Part shown: in pieces, positions 1 through 13,698 of the stretch
Layout of the letters: each line of letters starts with the position of its first letter
How positions within the stretch are numbered: the first letter of the stretch is position 1
Translations under genes and position numbers: made by a program
From: Hydrolagus affinis
Lineage: Eukaryota
Direction of reading: 5' to 3'
Length of the DNA stretch: 64,000 bases
Assembly (NCBI GenBank): GCA_012026655.1
Contig: JAAILG010000199.1
Span: forward strand, 62,001 to 126,000
Notes under the pieces: model-generated
What the model was told of the DNA's origin: nothing
What the model saw: the letters and a program-made list of their open reading frames with translations, nothing else
Databases searched by the model: none

Positions 1-1242
1 TGGGAGAAACTTCCTTTCCTATTTTAAACATTTTCTTTTCAAATCTATGGTTCAATGATTTTCACACTTACAATAAGTGTGGCAAGCATGGGATCCAGAA
101 CAGACTCCTGCTGAATTTAAAGCAATGTTTTCTTCCCTATTTATCATTACCTCCACTTTTTATTGCCAAGACAGTTTTTAATCCAATTGACTAATTAATT
201 TCCTCGAGCCACAGTTTAAAAGCCTCTGTATGAGAAATCATCAATTAGTTTCTAAATGCCGTTGTCCATCAATTTAGTTTTGACCTTGCAGAAATCAAGT
301 GGATATAAAAGATTTGACCTGTTGCTTCTAAAAACCTTGCGACTAACACTAATGGCCTCTTAGATGAACATTAATTGCATCCGATGAAGTGCTATTAGGT
401 GTTTCTACTTTTATGGATTACTAGACTAACTGTTCAACAATTTGCAGGTATTTTTTAATATGGCATTATATTTTCTGTGCTCAGCTGCATCTCCAGTGGT
501 AATGGAGCTGTGGAAAACATATTAAGCAAAGAGGTACTCGTTTGTTCTCTGATTTTCTCAAATCTTCTAGGTCCATCCTTCATGGATAAAGTGCTGTGCA
601 GACATTTATTTCTTGGTAAATAATCCTTTCATTTGATGCTGGACCTCTTACGTCGGATGGGTGTCTCAAAGCGTTTCAAAGAATTTCCTATTAATTATAG
701 TGACTATTTTATAAGCAGCAAAAACACTTATCGACTTTTTCATATGTTATATGCTACAGTTTAATACAACAACAACAACAAAATTACACATATAAAGCAC
801 CTTTCACGTCGGAAGGACGTATTAGTCAATAGTCAAAGCCATTAACGGTTTTGGAGTAGTGCTAATTAACAAGCATTTTATGAATGCCTGAAAGCCAAAC
901 TAAACATGCTGTTTTAATTAATATTATTTCAACAGTATCTCAGCGACTGATGCCTTTATCTAGGGTACAAAGCAAAATGTATGATTCGTCAGCCTTGCAG
1001 GCATTCTGACAATGGTGTGCATCAACTTACTTGTTCAGAGTTTGCTCATTATGATATTAATGAAACATACAATTTCCACTTGTAAATACCCACACATTAT
1101 TTTGGGCTGGACCTGGTTTAGTGCTTGTTTACTTGCTGTAAAATAAGAGGAAACAAAATGCCTTTTCCTTCCTGCTGAAATTACTGAATTTGCCTCCTTT
1201 ACTGGAATGTAAACAGTGAAGCATTACATGGAATGTAACAAA

Positions 1243-1620
1243 AGCAACAACAACTTGGATTTATATAGCGTCCTCCACGCCGGACGGTGTCTCAGAGCGC
1301 TTCACAACAACGGGTCCCGGGGCCAAGCTAGGGGGAAGGGGAAGAAGGTGACCAAAATTGCGGTCGAAAAGAAACATCTTTAGCCGAGACCTGAAAGTAG
1401 GAATAGAGGGGGGCGAGGCAAAGGGAGTGAGGAAGGGAATTCCAGAGCCTCAGGGGTGTAGTGACTGAAGGCCCAGCCGCCACTGGTGGAACAGAGGATT
1501 TGGGGGATAAGGAGGAGGCAACGGGTACTGTTGTGAGGAGAGAGTAGGTCAGAGATGTAGCGGGGTGCAGAGGAGTGGAGGGATTTGAAAACAAGAGAGA
1601 GGATCTTGAAATTGGTCTGT
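1243..1620 (-). mobile_element. L2-clade LINE, 5'-truncated 3' end
   Basis: The (TTG)n tail and 3' stem-loop match the 59.5-kb L2 copy. Minus-strand translation gives FKILSLVFKSLH..AP.Y and LWNSLP, typical of the L2 ORF2 C-terminus. Confidence 0.9.
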
Positions 1621-2287
1621 AGTGCAGCACTGAGATAACAGAAGAAAGGTAAAATAAAAGTGTCACCTTTTCGACAAGTCATCACAATGTTTTCATTCAT
1701 TACCCTTTATTACCCATTAATGTATTCAATAATTAAATATGCTTATTAGACACTATTTACTGTTTTTAAAAGAGCACCAAGCTCGTATTTGTCAGAGTAA
1801 TTTTTATGTTCCAAAAATGACAGTGTATTATGGTAATACAATATATGTTGAGGATTTTACAGCAGAATCAAATTATGCAGAATACGCCTTCATTCAAAAT
1901 GTTCTGCTCCGTGAGTGTACTCCCTGCCCCCAGTAAATATAATTCATAATGTCAAGAACATTATAGGCAATAAAACATTGTTGTAATTCATACACATCAG
2001 TCAGAGGAGCACTTCATCACAATCTGCAGTGGGAAAAAAAATAAAAGGCACAGGAAATACCTTCATCTTTTGTAATCCATAAATGACAATGTTTAGATGC
2101 AAATTCATTAGTGGCATACACAAGAACAAGGCCGAAATAAGCCTAAATGAAAGACAACTATTAATAGTTTAGTATATATTGGTTTTCTTGTAATATTTGG
2201 AAGAACTGTATTGTGTTTCTCTGTCTCCTTTAATACTGTGACTAACTTTTTATTTAATTTCGATAGCAGATACATGAACAATCTTTT

Positions 2288-2660
2288 GGGTAGCTCATGC
2301 GAGTGAGCACTGGACTTCAGAATAGAAGTTCAAATCAGTGAAAGTCCTGAGTTCCCAGTGTGTTCACTAAGTGCTTCATCCTTTCAAGGTCGATAACCAT
2401 GTGTAAAAAAAATCCTCCTTTGGGGGGAGGTACGGTAAGCAGATTCTCCCTCTGGTTAAATTGTCCTCAGAAATACAAGGCGTTCTTGATGGATGACTGG
2501 AATGTCTGGCACATCAGTGAGACTTGGAACTGTGGACATTTACTAGATGCTGCAAATCAAACCTCGGATGGCCCTTAGATAGACAAATACCATGAAAATT
2601 ACCAGTAAGATTGACATTTGCCATGACTCAAACTGACATCGTTATATGGACCTCAAGTGG
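2288..2660 (+). mobile_element. Old degenerate tRNA-derived SINE-like element
   Basis: A TAGCTCA...GAGCACTGGACTT head is followed by CTTCATCCTTTCAAGGTCGATAA, which resembles a conserved SINE central domain. Heavily diverged. Confidence 0.35.
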
Positions 2661-5360
2661 GCAGATGTTCCCTCTATACTTAAAGCCCAATGAAAATTGA
2701 TCTGTAATGCGTCTAAGGGTACTAAAATGCAATGATGTTAAAGGAATTTGTTAATAATGATTCCAAACCACAGAGGAAGACTCCTTGCAGCTGTGCTAAC
2801 CTGCAGGAACTCTACTCCCAAAGTGTATTCCAATGGAGCAGAGTTTCTGTGGGTCAGTGTATCTTGGTTTGGTTGCTGGGAGGAATGCTTGGATATTTCA
2901 GTAAAATCAGTTAACAGTGGGAGATATGAAGTTCTCTGGACTGGTCAGCTAGAGTTAAAACAGGACTTTATTTTGTTCGTGTTATCACATAAATGCCTGT
3001 CCTTTTATTCTACTATTATCTGTAACCTTGGTTCAGCATATTTCTGCACATTTTCTCAATTCATTGTTCACCATGGAAACAGATGAAAACAGCGACTGCA
3101 AAATTTCATTAAACTATATCTTCTGTGTAAAGTGCTGTTTAAAGATTGAGCAGCACTTATATCTGAAGCTTCATAGAATACATCAGCTCATAAGAGACTG
3201 CAGCTATTTTGATTCAGTAATATCAATTAAATATTTTCAAAAGAAAGCCAATTAAACATGAATGATTTGGTGGTTTTCTCATCAAGAATCTTATACAAAA
3301 TGCAAGACCTCTGAAGTGCAAATTTTAGTCCTCATTCCCAAACTGCGAATATTCCTACAGAGTAAATTGTTTCCCTGCAGCATCAAAGGAAACAAGTAAT
3401 ATTTTGACTGGTACCATCCTTTTGAATTTAGCGAGCTTTATAGAAATAACATAATGTGGGCAGAATTATGATTCAGTTGCAATTTTTTTTTAAATCACAA
3501 TCATTAGTCGCTGCTAAATCAGCTCATTTATCTTTGGCTCGAATCAAACAACTTTCTACATATTAAAAAGCAAATTAAGACCAATGTTTCTGAATGCAGT
3601 GCACAAATATGTTTTCACAGGTACTGTTATCCAGAAGCAGAACAACTCAATAGCATTGAATTAATAATTGTCTGACATAATTACTGTACAATGGAACTAA
3701 CACAGTTCTGCAGCACATCTAGTTTTCCTTCAATATTAAGAGCTTACAGAGGGCTTGTGTTCACCTGCCATACAAAATTAAATGTTTGAAAGGGTGGTAG
3801 CTGTACAATTACTTAAGTTCTGCCAGTTGTTCTGTTTTATGTTGGGTGCAGGAATCCAGGAACAGATATTTTTTGTGCATAGCTCATGCTGCTGTGACGA
3901 TATAACATTTACTGCAGTGACCTCGAGAGCAGCAAAAGAGGGCTAAGGCGAGAGCTCCTGACCATAACTTCATGATATTACAACAAAGGCAATTCTTCAC
4001 AAAATGTCTGCTCCCAAGGCACCTGCAACCGGTTATTTTAAAGCATAATGAAATGTCCGAGGCAAAGACCGGACATCATGATATATAACATATTTAACAT
4101 TGAAGTGCATTTGGCATTTAATTAAAATGGGTTGATTCTTAAAGGTAAATAAGAATATATCATCAGTAACATTACGGTAGATTCTTCATTTTGAAATCAA
4201 AAGCATAAAAGGGAATAACACACAAAAAAAGCCTTCAGGATTAAACATCACTGTGCCAGGGAAAAGGAAGTATAGAGTAATCCTTTCAAACATTCCACTA
4301 TTTTAAAATTTACTGGGCTACATTCTATTGCAGTATAATATTGCTGACATGTAAATGAGATATTTGCTTTTGTAACCCTGTGTAATCATAAACACTTACT
4401 TTGAAAGTTTTGCCATCAGCCCTAACTTAACATATATTATTTTGCAGTGTAAATAGTTGGAATGATCAATATCTTTGCCAATTTCAGAAACAGGGATGAA
4501 TGGTAGGAGAAGGTTTGTGTCGTGGAATGAAAGGCATCCCTCAGGATTTACAGATGTATGGAGGAGCCTGATATGCACCATTTATAGTAAACAAATGCTA
4601 TATGATCTGTGAAGGAGTTAAAAGAGGATGAGGCTGCAATGTAATATCTCTATATATTTGTTCTTTATGAGCCAATGGACGTAACTACTAGTGGAACGTC
4701 CACCTTTCTTTTAATACCTTAAGCCATGTCAGGATTAACCACATGTGGTTTACTGCCACTGCAGATTTATTGCTCTTTTGCTCATGAGGGAATCAGCTTT
4801 CCAATGCTTCAACAGTGGCAATAGATGATATTCGCTGATATTAACTGTATTTCTCAACGTGGGCACTCCAGGGCTGTGCTGAAGAAGATCTGAATTGTTG
4901 CAACTGTCATTGCTTGTTTAAGGTGTTAATTGTCCTGGTGCTTGAAGTAGGCATTAAAACTCCTGCGGCACAATTTAGAGGAAGAGTGTGGGATACTCTT
5001 GGCCATGATTTCTCCTTCATGCAAATTCACCACAACAGACGAATCCATTCACCCGAGTCACTGATGAGACTTAGCCTCCTAATACATCATGTCCAGGAGC
5101 TCATTCTATTGTGGTTGACCTGCTGTCTGAGCTATTACTGTCTGCAAGCTGTGTTCCTCATGCACTCTCTGTCCTCCCACGACATCATTTAATTCTTACC
5201 CTTCCATCAAAAACGTTACCGTTAAACCAGTAAAACCTCACTGACCCACCTCAAGGAGGATAGTCATCATCTTATCAGTAGACAGCTGACAATCAAGCAA
5301 ACCTTTAACTGAATGGATTCTTGTAGCCACAGTTCCACCTGGGTGGAATGGTGAGAGATT

Positions 5361-5537
5361 TAATAATAATAATTTGCTCACTTCAATCCACGACTGTTTG
5401 TGGGGCATTGCTGTGCGTAATTGGCTGCCGCATTTTGCCCACACAATGTACAGTCAATTCACTCTATAGTATATATTCTGTGAAGGGCTTTAAGACATTT
5501 CAAAGAAATGATATCAAATGCAAGGATTATTATTATT
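5361..5537 (+). mobile_element. Deu-domain SINE, 3' half
   Basis: Contains TGCTGTGCGTAATTGGCTGCCGC...CAGTCAATTCAC...CAAATGCAAGGATTATTATT, shared with many other copies in the window. Confidence 0.85.
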
Positions 5538-5778
5538 CAATGCAAACTGGATAGGTGCATCGCCGTACAGAGAGGGAACATACTGTAATATGAAAAGCCT
5601 AAATAGTGGCATTGCTTATTACTTTGATGCCCTTCTCATTTTTCATGGTTAATGTGTAAACAGTAGTTAATTTCTCATTTGCTTTGGAGCTTCCATTGTT
5701 AACATGCGAGTTTCCAAAGAGCTGAATCATAAATAAATCTAACTTCTTTGATCATCTTGCAATGACAATGACAATGTT

Positions 5779-5898
5779 GTAATTGGCTGGTGCGTTTCTC
5801 CCACAAATACACAGTCAATGCACTTTACAGTACATCCTGTGAAGCGCTTTGAGACATCTCAAAGACAGGAAAAGCGCTACATCAAATGGATCATCATT
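5779..5898 (+). mobile_element. Deu-domain SINE fragment
   Basis: 3' region of the same family (AATTGGCTG...GTGAAGCGCTTTGAGACATCT). Confidence 0.8.
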
Positions 5899-7559
5899 AA
5901 TGACAGCTCTCAGTGTAGCACAGAATTAGAGTGTTAGGATTAACACAATTTGTGGCAAGTGGCTTCTTGGAAGCCACTTAACATGAAAAGCTGTGATCTC
6001 GTTATATTCAAATGGGCAGTCTTTCTAAGGGTCTCTCTGGCAAAATCATTTTGCGCAGTGGCAGTTTTCATTATCTTTTTGGAGGTGCAAAACAACAGGG
6101 ATCTGAGGCAAATGGATTACCCTATAAGGATATCTTAATAAGGATAAACCAGCCTGTTAGAACACTTCATAAGTGACTGGACAACAGACCGTTTAAAAAA
6201 GAGATGACACCAATGATCTATGATGTCATTACAGCATGCCTCCATGGGTGGCAAATGAACATGTCTTCCTTATTCATTTCCATTGAGAGAACACTGCACG
6301 CACATATTCCTGCTAATTTATCGTACATTTTCAAATATCTTCCTTACTCCGCAAATTTTATGTTGATGATTTTTTTTCTAGTATTGTCATTTTTTTTAAA
6401 ACTATGCTGGAAATATACGGTAATTCTTCTGTCTTCTGCTCTCTGTACTTCTATTTCTGTATCACATTTAGAATTCTCAGTTGTTTCTACTCAGTAATCT
6501 TTCCACTGTCTACCTTCTCTGTTGCCTTGGCACTTGTCTCATTCTGTGCTTTCATGTACTTCCCATTTATCAAACACCTCACCTGTACATGTTTTGTTAA
6601 GCAGTACTAGTTATAAAGTATGAATGATTGCATTTTTGTTTATTGTTTATGAATATCCAATAGAAATCTGTATTCAAAAGTGATGCATTTACGACTGGAC
6701 GATAGGTACAAGCTCTCAAGTAATAATGCTGATAACTTGTGGGCAATTCCATCACACAGTGAAAGCCACAGAGGAATCAGGCACATTAATACTCTGGGGA
6801 AAAAGAAATCAGGAGTTAGCATTCATTTGTAGACCAGTCATAACTTTAAAGCAACTTGAATAGCTAATAAACTCCCACGGAGAACACAATTTGCCAGGAC
6901 ATCATTTTGTACATGACATTATAATTAAAGCAAAGCACATTTCTCATATTTAAGCACTTACCGAAGTCAAGAATAATAAGAAAAAATGTCTCATTCCCCA
7001 ATAGTAGAATGTTGCTTGAAATAAGTGGACATGGTAAAAGGGGTTATCTCTACGGTGTAGACTGAAGCAAACTTGTTAAGAGCCTCCCTCATCACAACTA
7101 AACAATCTGTGGAGATCCCTGATGAGGCTTCAGATAACTTTGGTTAGACGTCTAATCTTTTCCAGTAAAAAAAATGGTTATCCACATTGCTTGATCTCAT
7201 CCATTGAAGTGTTTAATACAAGTAAAAATCAATTGATTTTGGATCCAATGGCCATGAGAGAACAGAACTTGTGAACAACCACTCTATGAGATTTCGAGAT
7301 TTGGACCAGAGTTACTGCAGTCTTAGCATTAGGATATCTGTTCTCTGTGGTCGAGTTATTACACAAATAAAACAGACGTAGTTTACATCATTATAAAAGA
7401 GAAAATGTATTAGAAAATAAATATTAAAAATTAAAGCACAAATATTGTTGATCAATCAAAATAAGGACGATTTTTTTTAACTGACTGTAGATTTACACAA
7501 AGTATAAGCGCTATCATTGTATTGTGAAAAAGGCCAATAGATGCCATTGCAGATCAATC

Positions 7560-7975
7560 AATAATAAATAACAATCCTTTGATTTGATAATGCCACCTTT
7601 CATGTTGCAATAACGTCTCAAGGATTTATTGCTATATTTAGTGACTGCTTCACAGGATTTATTGCTATATTTAGTGACTGCGTATTTTGCAGGAGAAAGC
7701 AGCAGCCAATTTATGCACAGCAATGTCCCACAAACAGCCATAAAGTGATTGATCAATTTCGTTAGGGGGATTTTTGACTGACTTTTGACCCCAGGAGAAA
7801 CACCCTTCGCATTTCAAATAGTGCCACAAGATCTTAACACCTGAAGAGACAGATGATACCTTGGTTTAATGTCTTACCCAAAAGGTGGCATGTCCAACAA
7901 ACCAGTGCACCCCCAGCACTGAGTTGTGAACTCCAACACCTGACATGAGGCAAGAGTGCTGTCAACCAAGTCAGT
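7560..7975 (-). mobile_element. Older SacSINE1/AmnSINE-like DeuSINE with an internal tandem duplication
   Basis: Contains GCAGCCAATTTATGCACAGCAATGTCCCACAAACAGC, GGTTTAATGTCTTACCCAAAAG and a head ending GAGGCAAGAGTGCT. A 28-bp unit is duplicated at 7621-7648 and 7654-7681. Confidence 0.7.
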
Positions 7976-8572
7976 CCAAGCCCTCAAATAATAAGAATAA
8001 TGTTTCTGGGCATTGTGAGAATGGTTGTTTTACAGCATACACCTAAAACATTCTGGCCTAAAACATGCCAGTAGCTAAAATTATTGCGCTGTATGATAAT
8101 TTTGCTTTCTAAAAAGTAATAAAAAGGCAAATAGTTTTAAGAATCATTGCACGGTCGACGGAATTCTGTCTACAAATAGTTTCCTGTTCATTTTTAAGTA
8201 ATTTGTAATTACTTCCCAAGATACTTTTCAGAAACTAAATCTCCCAGGTACCATTAAATTATCTGGCCGCTGCGTGCAACATAACTCTTGTGTTATGTAC
8301 TTTGCCCTCATTTACAAGTGATTGTTCCATCCAAGCACATCAGGTTATGTGGGTCTGTGCAAAATGCAATTACAATTACCATGTGGCTTATTATTCTAGA
8401 ACTACAGCGTGGGATGGAAACCTTTGCTTTCAGATACCAAACCATTTGCCTCATTAATCTTTCTGATAGTTCTGCATGCTTTCCAGTAACAGTTTAACGT
8501 TTTGTAGTACAGAAACCAGAGTTATGGTTTCTATGGAGTCCTGTAAATCAGTGGTTAGAGCACATGTCTTAC

Positions 8573-8873
8573 AATAATAAAAATAATAATCCTTGCACGT
8601 GATGTAGTGCTTTTCATGTCTTCTGGATGTCTCAAAGCGCTTCACAGAATATACTGTAAAGTAAATTGACTATATGTGGGTGAACATGATAGCCACTTAT
8701 TCACAGCAGGGTTCCACAAAAAGGCGTGGATTGAGATGATCAATTTTTTTTGAGGGATTGTTATCAGGTGTGTAGAGTAAGGAAATTTGCCCAAGGTTTC
8801 ACCCTGCCTGGAATCGAACCCAGGTCTCTCACTTGCAAGGCAAGTGCTCTAACCACTGAGCTACTGGACTCCA
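8573..8873 (-). mobile_element. Full-length tRNA-derived DeuSINE
   Basis: The minus strand has A box TAGCTCAGTGG, B box GGTTCGATTCC, the Deu core and an (ATT)n tail. Confidence 0.9.
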
Positions 8874-8907
8874 CATTCTCTCACTTGTAGTCCTGTACTC
8901 CACAGGA

Positions 8908-9181
8908 CTGCAAGTGAGAGACCTGGGTTTGATTCCCAGGAGGACAAGACTTGGGCAGGTTTCCTTACTCTACATGCCTGATAATAATCCTTCAAGAAAA
9001 AAGTAAAATAATAAATTGGTCACTTCATTCCACAACTGTTGTGGGACGCTGCTGTGCGTAATTGTCTGCCGTGTTTTTCCCACCAATGAACAGTCAATTC
9101 ACCTTACAGTAGTTTCTGTGAAGCGCTTTGAGAGATCTAGAATACGTGAAAAGCACAATAGCAAAATGCAAGGATTATTAT
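8908..9181 (+). mobile_element. DeuSINE, slightly 5'-truncated, head-to-head with the previous copy
   Basis: Runs TGCAAGTGAGAGACCTGGGTTTGATTCCC...TGCAAGGATTATTAT. Confidence 0.9.
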
Positions 9182-11753
9182 AAAAGGTTAAAAACGTAGC
9201 CAAGCTTGCAACAATCATAACAGGAATCCTGTGAAAACCAATAGTTCCGTATTGGAAAATAGTTTCCTATGATCAGGAAATGTAATCTGGTACTAAAAAT
9301 CCCCATTTTGGCTGTCTGTCACAACCCATTCCAAGATGGAAAACTCGGTATTCACTGAGGAAATGTAGCCGGTACCCTATTAAACGACAGTTTAGCTGGA
9401 AGTCTATTGCAGTGAGTCTATCTTATTGACTGTTGACATTGAGAAAGTATCATGCGTCACCCCAAATCGACCCTCATTGTCACTAAGATGGGAATAAACC
9501 CAGAAAACCTCCAATATATGTGGCAGGTTTATTAAACGCAAAATTTACAACGACCTGAACCCTGAATGTTTAACGAATAGCTTTTAATTGATGTAATGCG
9601 CCAATGAAACGTTCACCCTGTTACAAAGTTTACCAGATTTGACTGCATACATTTATAAAATAATACGTCAAGTCCTGTAAATTTTCTGGCAGGAGAAATC
9701 CAGCCCATAATGGTTTATTAATAGGTTGAACTACTAAATCAAGAATGAGTAGCATAACTGTTGAAGCATAAATTCTTGTATTTTACATGTTTCCCTTGTT
9801 TGCAAAGAATGGTGCAACCCAATCAAGTCTTGCTGCAAGACTTGCACTTTTGGTGACAACGTCGTGGATTTATATTTCTGAGTCTGCAATGTATTCATAG
9901 AAACTGATCCACCTGATTTGGATTCAAACACAGATACTAGACATCCAACCAGCAATACCACCAGTAACACTTCAGTTTCAAGCAGTTCTAAAACTTCTAG
10001 AATCCTAAAAACATTTAAAAAAAATGTTTTCATTAAAAAATGTCATGGACTTAACGTTACTTTAAACCAATTGCTATGTTTGACCCAGTGGTAAGCTTCC
10101 CCACCACCCCACACCAAGACCCCCCACTGCATCCTTGATCATTTGCAAGGATTATTATTATTTCTGTTTAAAAGCAGCTAGGTCACAAACAGTACATTTT
10201 GACTTGTCAAATTACATGCTGTACATTCAAATTACATTTAGAACAGTCTGGATTTATGGTTGAATTGTTATTTGTGTAATTTCTAGTATCTATCATCTTG
10301 GTTTCTGGGACTATCTATCACTGAATTGATAGCACTTCAAGCAGACAGTCACATAATTCACCTAATGTGACAGTTTAATGGATAAAAATCTTAAGTGATT
10401 TAAGGACCACCAGCAAAACATACATATATTTTTCAGAAGTATAAGGAATTATTCTATTACATTTTCATTATTAGTTTATTTTACAAATGTCTTGATAACA
10501 TGAAGGTTTAACAGGACTTACATCCATCAAAGTGTCTAGTTTAACATGTTAGTGTAAAAGCCCTACAAAGGTTATTATCTTCTTAGCTTCAGTATAACAC
10601 ACAAATCCTTGGTTGCTAAATGCACATATAATTCAATATGCACATAAAACACAAATTACAGCTGTTTGCTCAAACATGAAGTGGAGCAATTAATATATGT
10701 TCTGCATCCTAGAATGAATATCTGCCATATACCTACCTAGTTCAAACTCTGTTTTGCTGTCTTTCTCCTCTCTTCTTCTGAAGGTGTTGTTCCTCAAGTG
10801 TCAGCAGTCCTTCAGTATCTCATCTAAAGTGAGCACACTTGAAGAGCACACCATGAACAGGGAGTGTTGTCAAGGCCAGTCAACCATGCAGGATAGCACA
10901 GCTGAGGTCAATAATAGCTTCAGTGGCTGTCAACCAACTTTGCAGCATTGGTCAATGATAGCAGGTAGGAACAGGAATATTCCACATTGTGGCCCAGAGC
11001 AATTATGGCCAAAACTTTGCATTCTGAACTGAGATCAGCCCAATGAAGACACACAGGAAATTGAACTTACCTTCAGCCAAACCCTAAACGGTCATTTGGA
11101 AATCTCTTTCACAACCTATTTTAATTGCTACTGATCTCCTTGTCGTCAAAAACATGTTGCTTTATCTGCGTCTTTGGTTAACAAATTTGAAACTCATGCA
11201 TCCTTGATCATTTGTCTGCCAGGTTATTTACCTTATATGTAATAACATAATAATAATTATTGTTATGTTTGATACAGTGCCTTTTGCATCAGCAGTCTGT
11301 CCCAAAGTGCCTGCAAGACATAATGTAAAATATAGTGATGATGCATTCTGTTACACATAATATATGAATATACAAGACTCTACAATAAGTATGTGGCTTT
11401 TACAGAGCAGTGGGTGGCACAGGGTTAATCAAGTGCTCAGCTTCCCCACCTGTTCACTGAATTTTATTTAACGCATTCTTTCGTAATTGCCATATGGAAA
11501 ATGTCAAGATTGTTCAGTGAGATTTGATTTGACCACGAATTTTGTGAGCAAGTTACCAGTAAAGAAATCTGCATGTGGCTTATAATTGACCCTTTTCACA
11601 AAGTTCTTGCTTTCAGCAGGAACTTTGGAATATGAATAGATCACAACAGAGGATGTCCATAAACATGACAAACGCAGCCAAAAAGCATATCCAGTAGTGC
11701 TAAAAATACATTTTAACTTGTCCAGAATCCTGAATGGTCTCACTGCTTTGTTA

Positions 11754-11767
11754 GTTACCATAGAAAC
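11754..11767. promoter_or_regulatory. RFX X-box motif
   Basis: GTTACCATAGAAAC matches the X-box consensus GTYNCYATRGNAAC. Function untested. Confidence 0.35.
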
Positions 11768-12204
11768 TGCTGCATGAAAGCATAGCCAGCTGCAATGTCA
11801 TTACCAATCAGTTTACTCAAATACTTTCAGTTTTGGCTGCATAATATTTATTTTAAAGTTAAATACCACGCTATTTAACTCTGTTAATTTTCCAAATGTC
11901 CACGTAAACTGAAATAAAACTCAGCGACGTTTCAGAAGCCACTCAAAACATGCTTTATATTGTGGCATCATCATTAATGTGAATTTGGAGATTAAATCTC
12001 TGAGTTATGTGACAGCAAATTTTATGTTTCCTTTTTGCACTTCAACTGCCTTAGATTTTGATCGGTCAAAATATAGTTACGATTAGAGAAAAAGATGAGT
12101 TTCTTTATATCACAAGAAACAAATAGGATTTAAATTTGAAAACCTATGGATATATTTTTGAAATGCGACAATGCACAAAACCACGGAAAAATAGAACATA
12201 AGTT

Positions 12205-12385
12205 TAGAGTTGCAAAAGGCCATTTCAGGACAGAAAACAGGAACTCATTCTTTACCCAGAGGGTAATTAATGTCTGGAACAGGCCAGAACTGTGGACCTA
12301 TTTAAAATAAAGCAGCTGGATGCCATGATTGGAGTACAGTACGATGGGTATTCTGGTACCCATTCTGGCCGAACTGACCTTGGGA
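12205..12385 (+). mobile_element. Old CR1 LINE 3' fragment
   Basis: AGGAACTCATTCTTTACCCAGAGGGTAATTAATGTCTGGAAC translates to RNSFFTQRVINVWN, a CR1 ORF2 end motif. Confidence 0.7.
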
Positions 12386-13244
12386 GACACATGAGGACCA
12401 TTTAAAAAATTTCACTCCAGCTGTTAATCAAAGTCCAAACAGTTTAGAGTGTCCAAAATCTGCCAAATTCATAAAATACAGTCTTCATTTTGAAACCGTT
12501 TTCTCCGTTGGTTCTTTTAAGATAATTTGCCAAATTCTGCATGATTTGAAAGCAATCTGTCAAGAAAGCAGAACAAAGATAGACCCATGTGAAATTTCTC
12601 CCCCTATTCATTTAATCTGAAGGATTTATCCTTTTGATACTCACCATTCGTGTTTGGCTGGAGTGTTCGTCCGAGCATCAATTAAAATTGCTCCAGTTAT
12701 TTGGCCCAGCTCCACATTCATGCATATTCTGTTATTGCAAAAATATAATTTATGCCCTGGTGATGTACTCAGCTTTATCCACTAACACAGATTTTCAGCA
12801 CGAAATGAAATATTTTTGCATGCAAAGAAATTTTCAGAGCTCAAACGCTAATTTAGAAATTTGCTGAAGACATCAACAAACCTTCTGTGCCACCAACAAT
12901 CAGGGATAGTGCTAAAACAATGACATTGAATTGATGTGCTAATTCTATCAAGTTAAATATGTTAGTATCAAAATGGCTTTGATCACTTTTCTCTCCTGTC
13001 ACTTACTCTTAAACCCATCACTGAACACTTCTCTTTCTGGTGATCAAATCCATCATTGGACACCTGTGATGGGATTACCATACCCCTTTCCTTCAGCCAC
13101 GCTAGTTTTTCAATTAACATGTTGAAGAGTAGTCGGATCATTTCCCTCAGTGATAAACAGAACAGTGACTGTCAAGCATCAAGACTTTTACAAATTGAAG
13201 CACAGAACACGGGATGAAAAGCAAATTAAATTTCCCTGTATTGA

Positions 13245-13698
13245 TAAGAACATAAATATATAAGAACTATGAGCAGGAGGAGGCCATTCGGCCCTTCGAG
13301 CCTGCCCCACCATTCAATCATGGCTGATATTCCATTCTAACTCCAGCCACATGCCTTATCCCCATACTACTTAATCCCTTTATAAATGAAAAATCTATCT
13401 ATTTTAGTCTTGAATATGTTCAAGGACTGAGCATCAACAGCCCTTTGGGGTAAGGAATTCCATACATTCACTACCCTCTGAGTGAAGAAATTTTTCTCTC
13501 AACTCAGTGCTAAAGGGCTGACCCCTAACTTTAAGACTGTGACCCCTGGTTTTAGTTTTTCCAACCAGGGGAAACAATCTCCCACTATCTACTTTGTCGT
13601 GCCCCTTAATAATCTTATAGGTTTGTATAAGATCTCCTCTAATTCTTCTATATTCCAGAGAATATAGGCCCAAATTAATCAACCTATCATCATAACTT
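13245..13698 (-). mobile_element. CR1 LINE 3' end (ORF2 C-terminus plus 3' UTR)
   Basis: ORF 13434-13682 reads LGLYSLEYRRIRGDLIQTYKIIKG...TRGHSLK, the classic CR1 motif. The terminus is of the TTCTTATG type. Confidence 0.92.

Noticed and set aside
4396-4581. Minus-strand ORF ending at a strong GTAAGT donor
   Set aside because: There is no convincing acceptor or recognisable peptide, and isolated donor matches are expected by chance.
8805-8873. tRNA-Ala(TGC)-like gene
   Set aside because: It has A and B boxes but no proper acceptor stem, and it continues directly into the SINE body. It is a SINE head, as are the copies at 26.8, 36.4 and 45.5 kb.
9734-10033. 99-aa ORF with a hydrophobic N-terminus
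   Set aside because: No recognisable homology or supporting gene structure; the length is compatible with chance.
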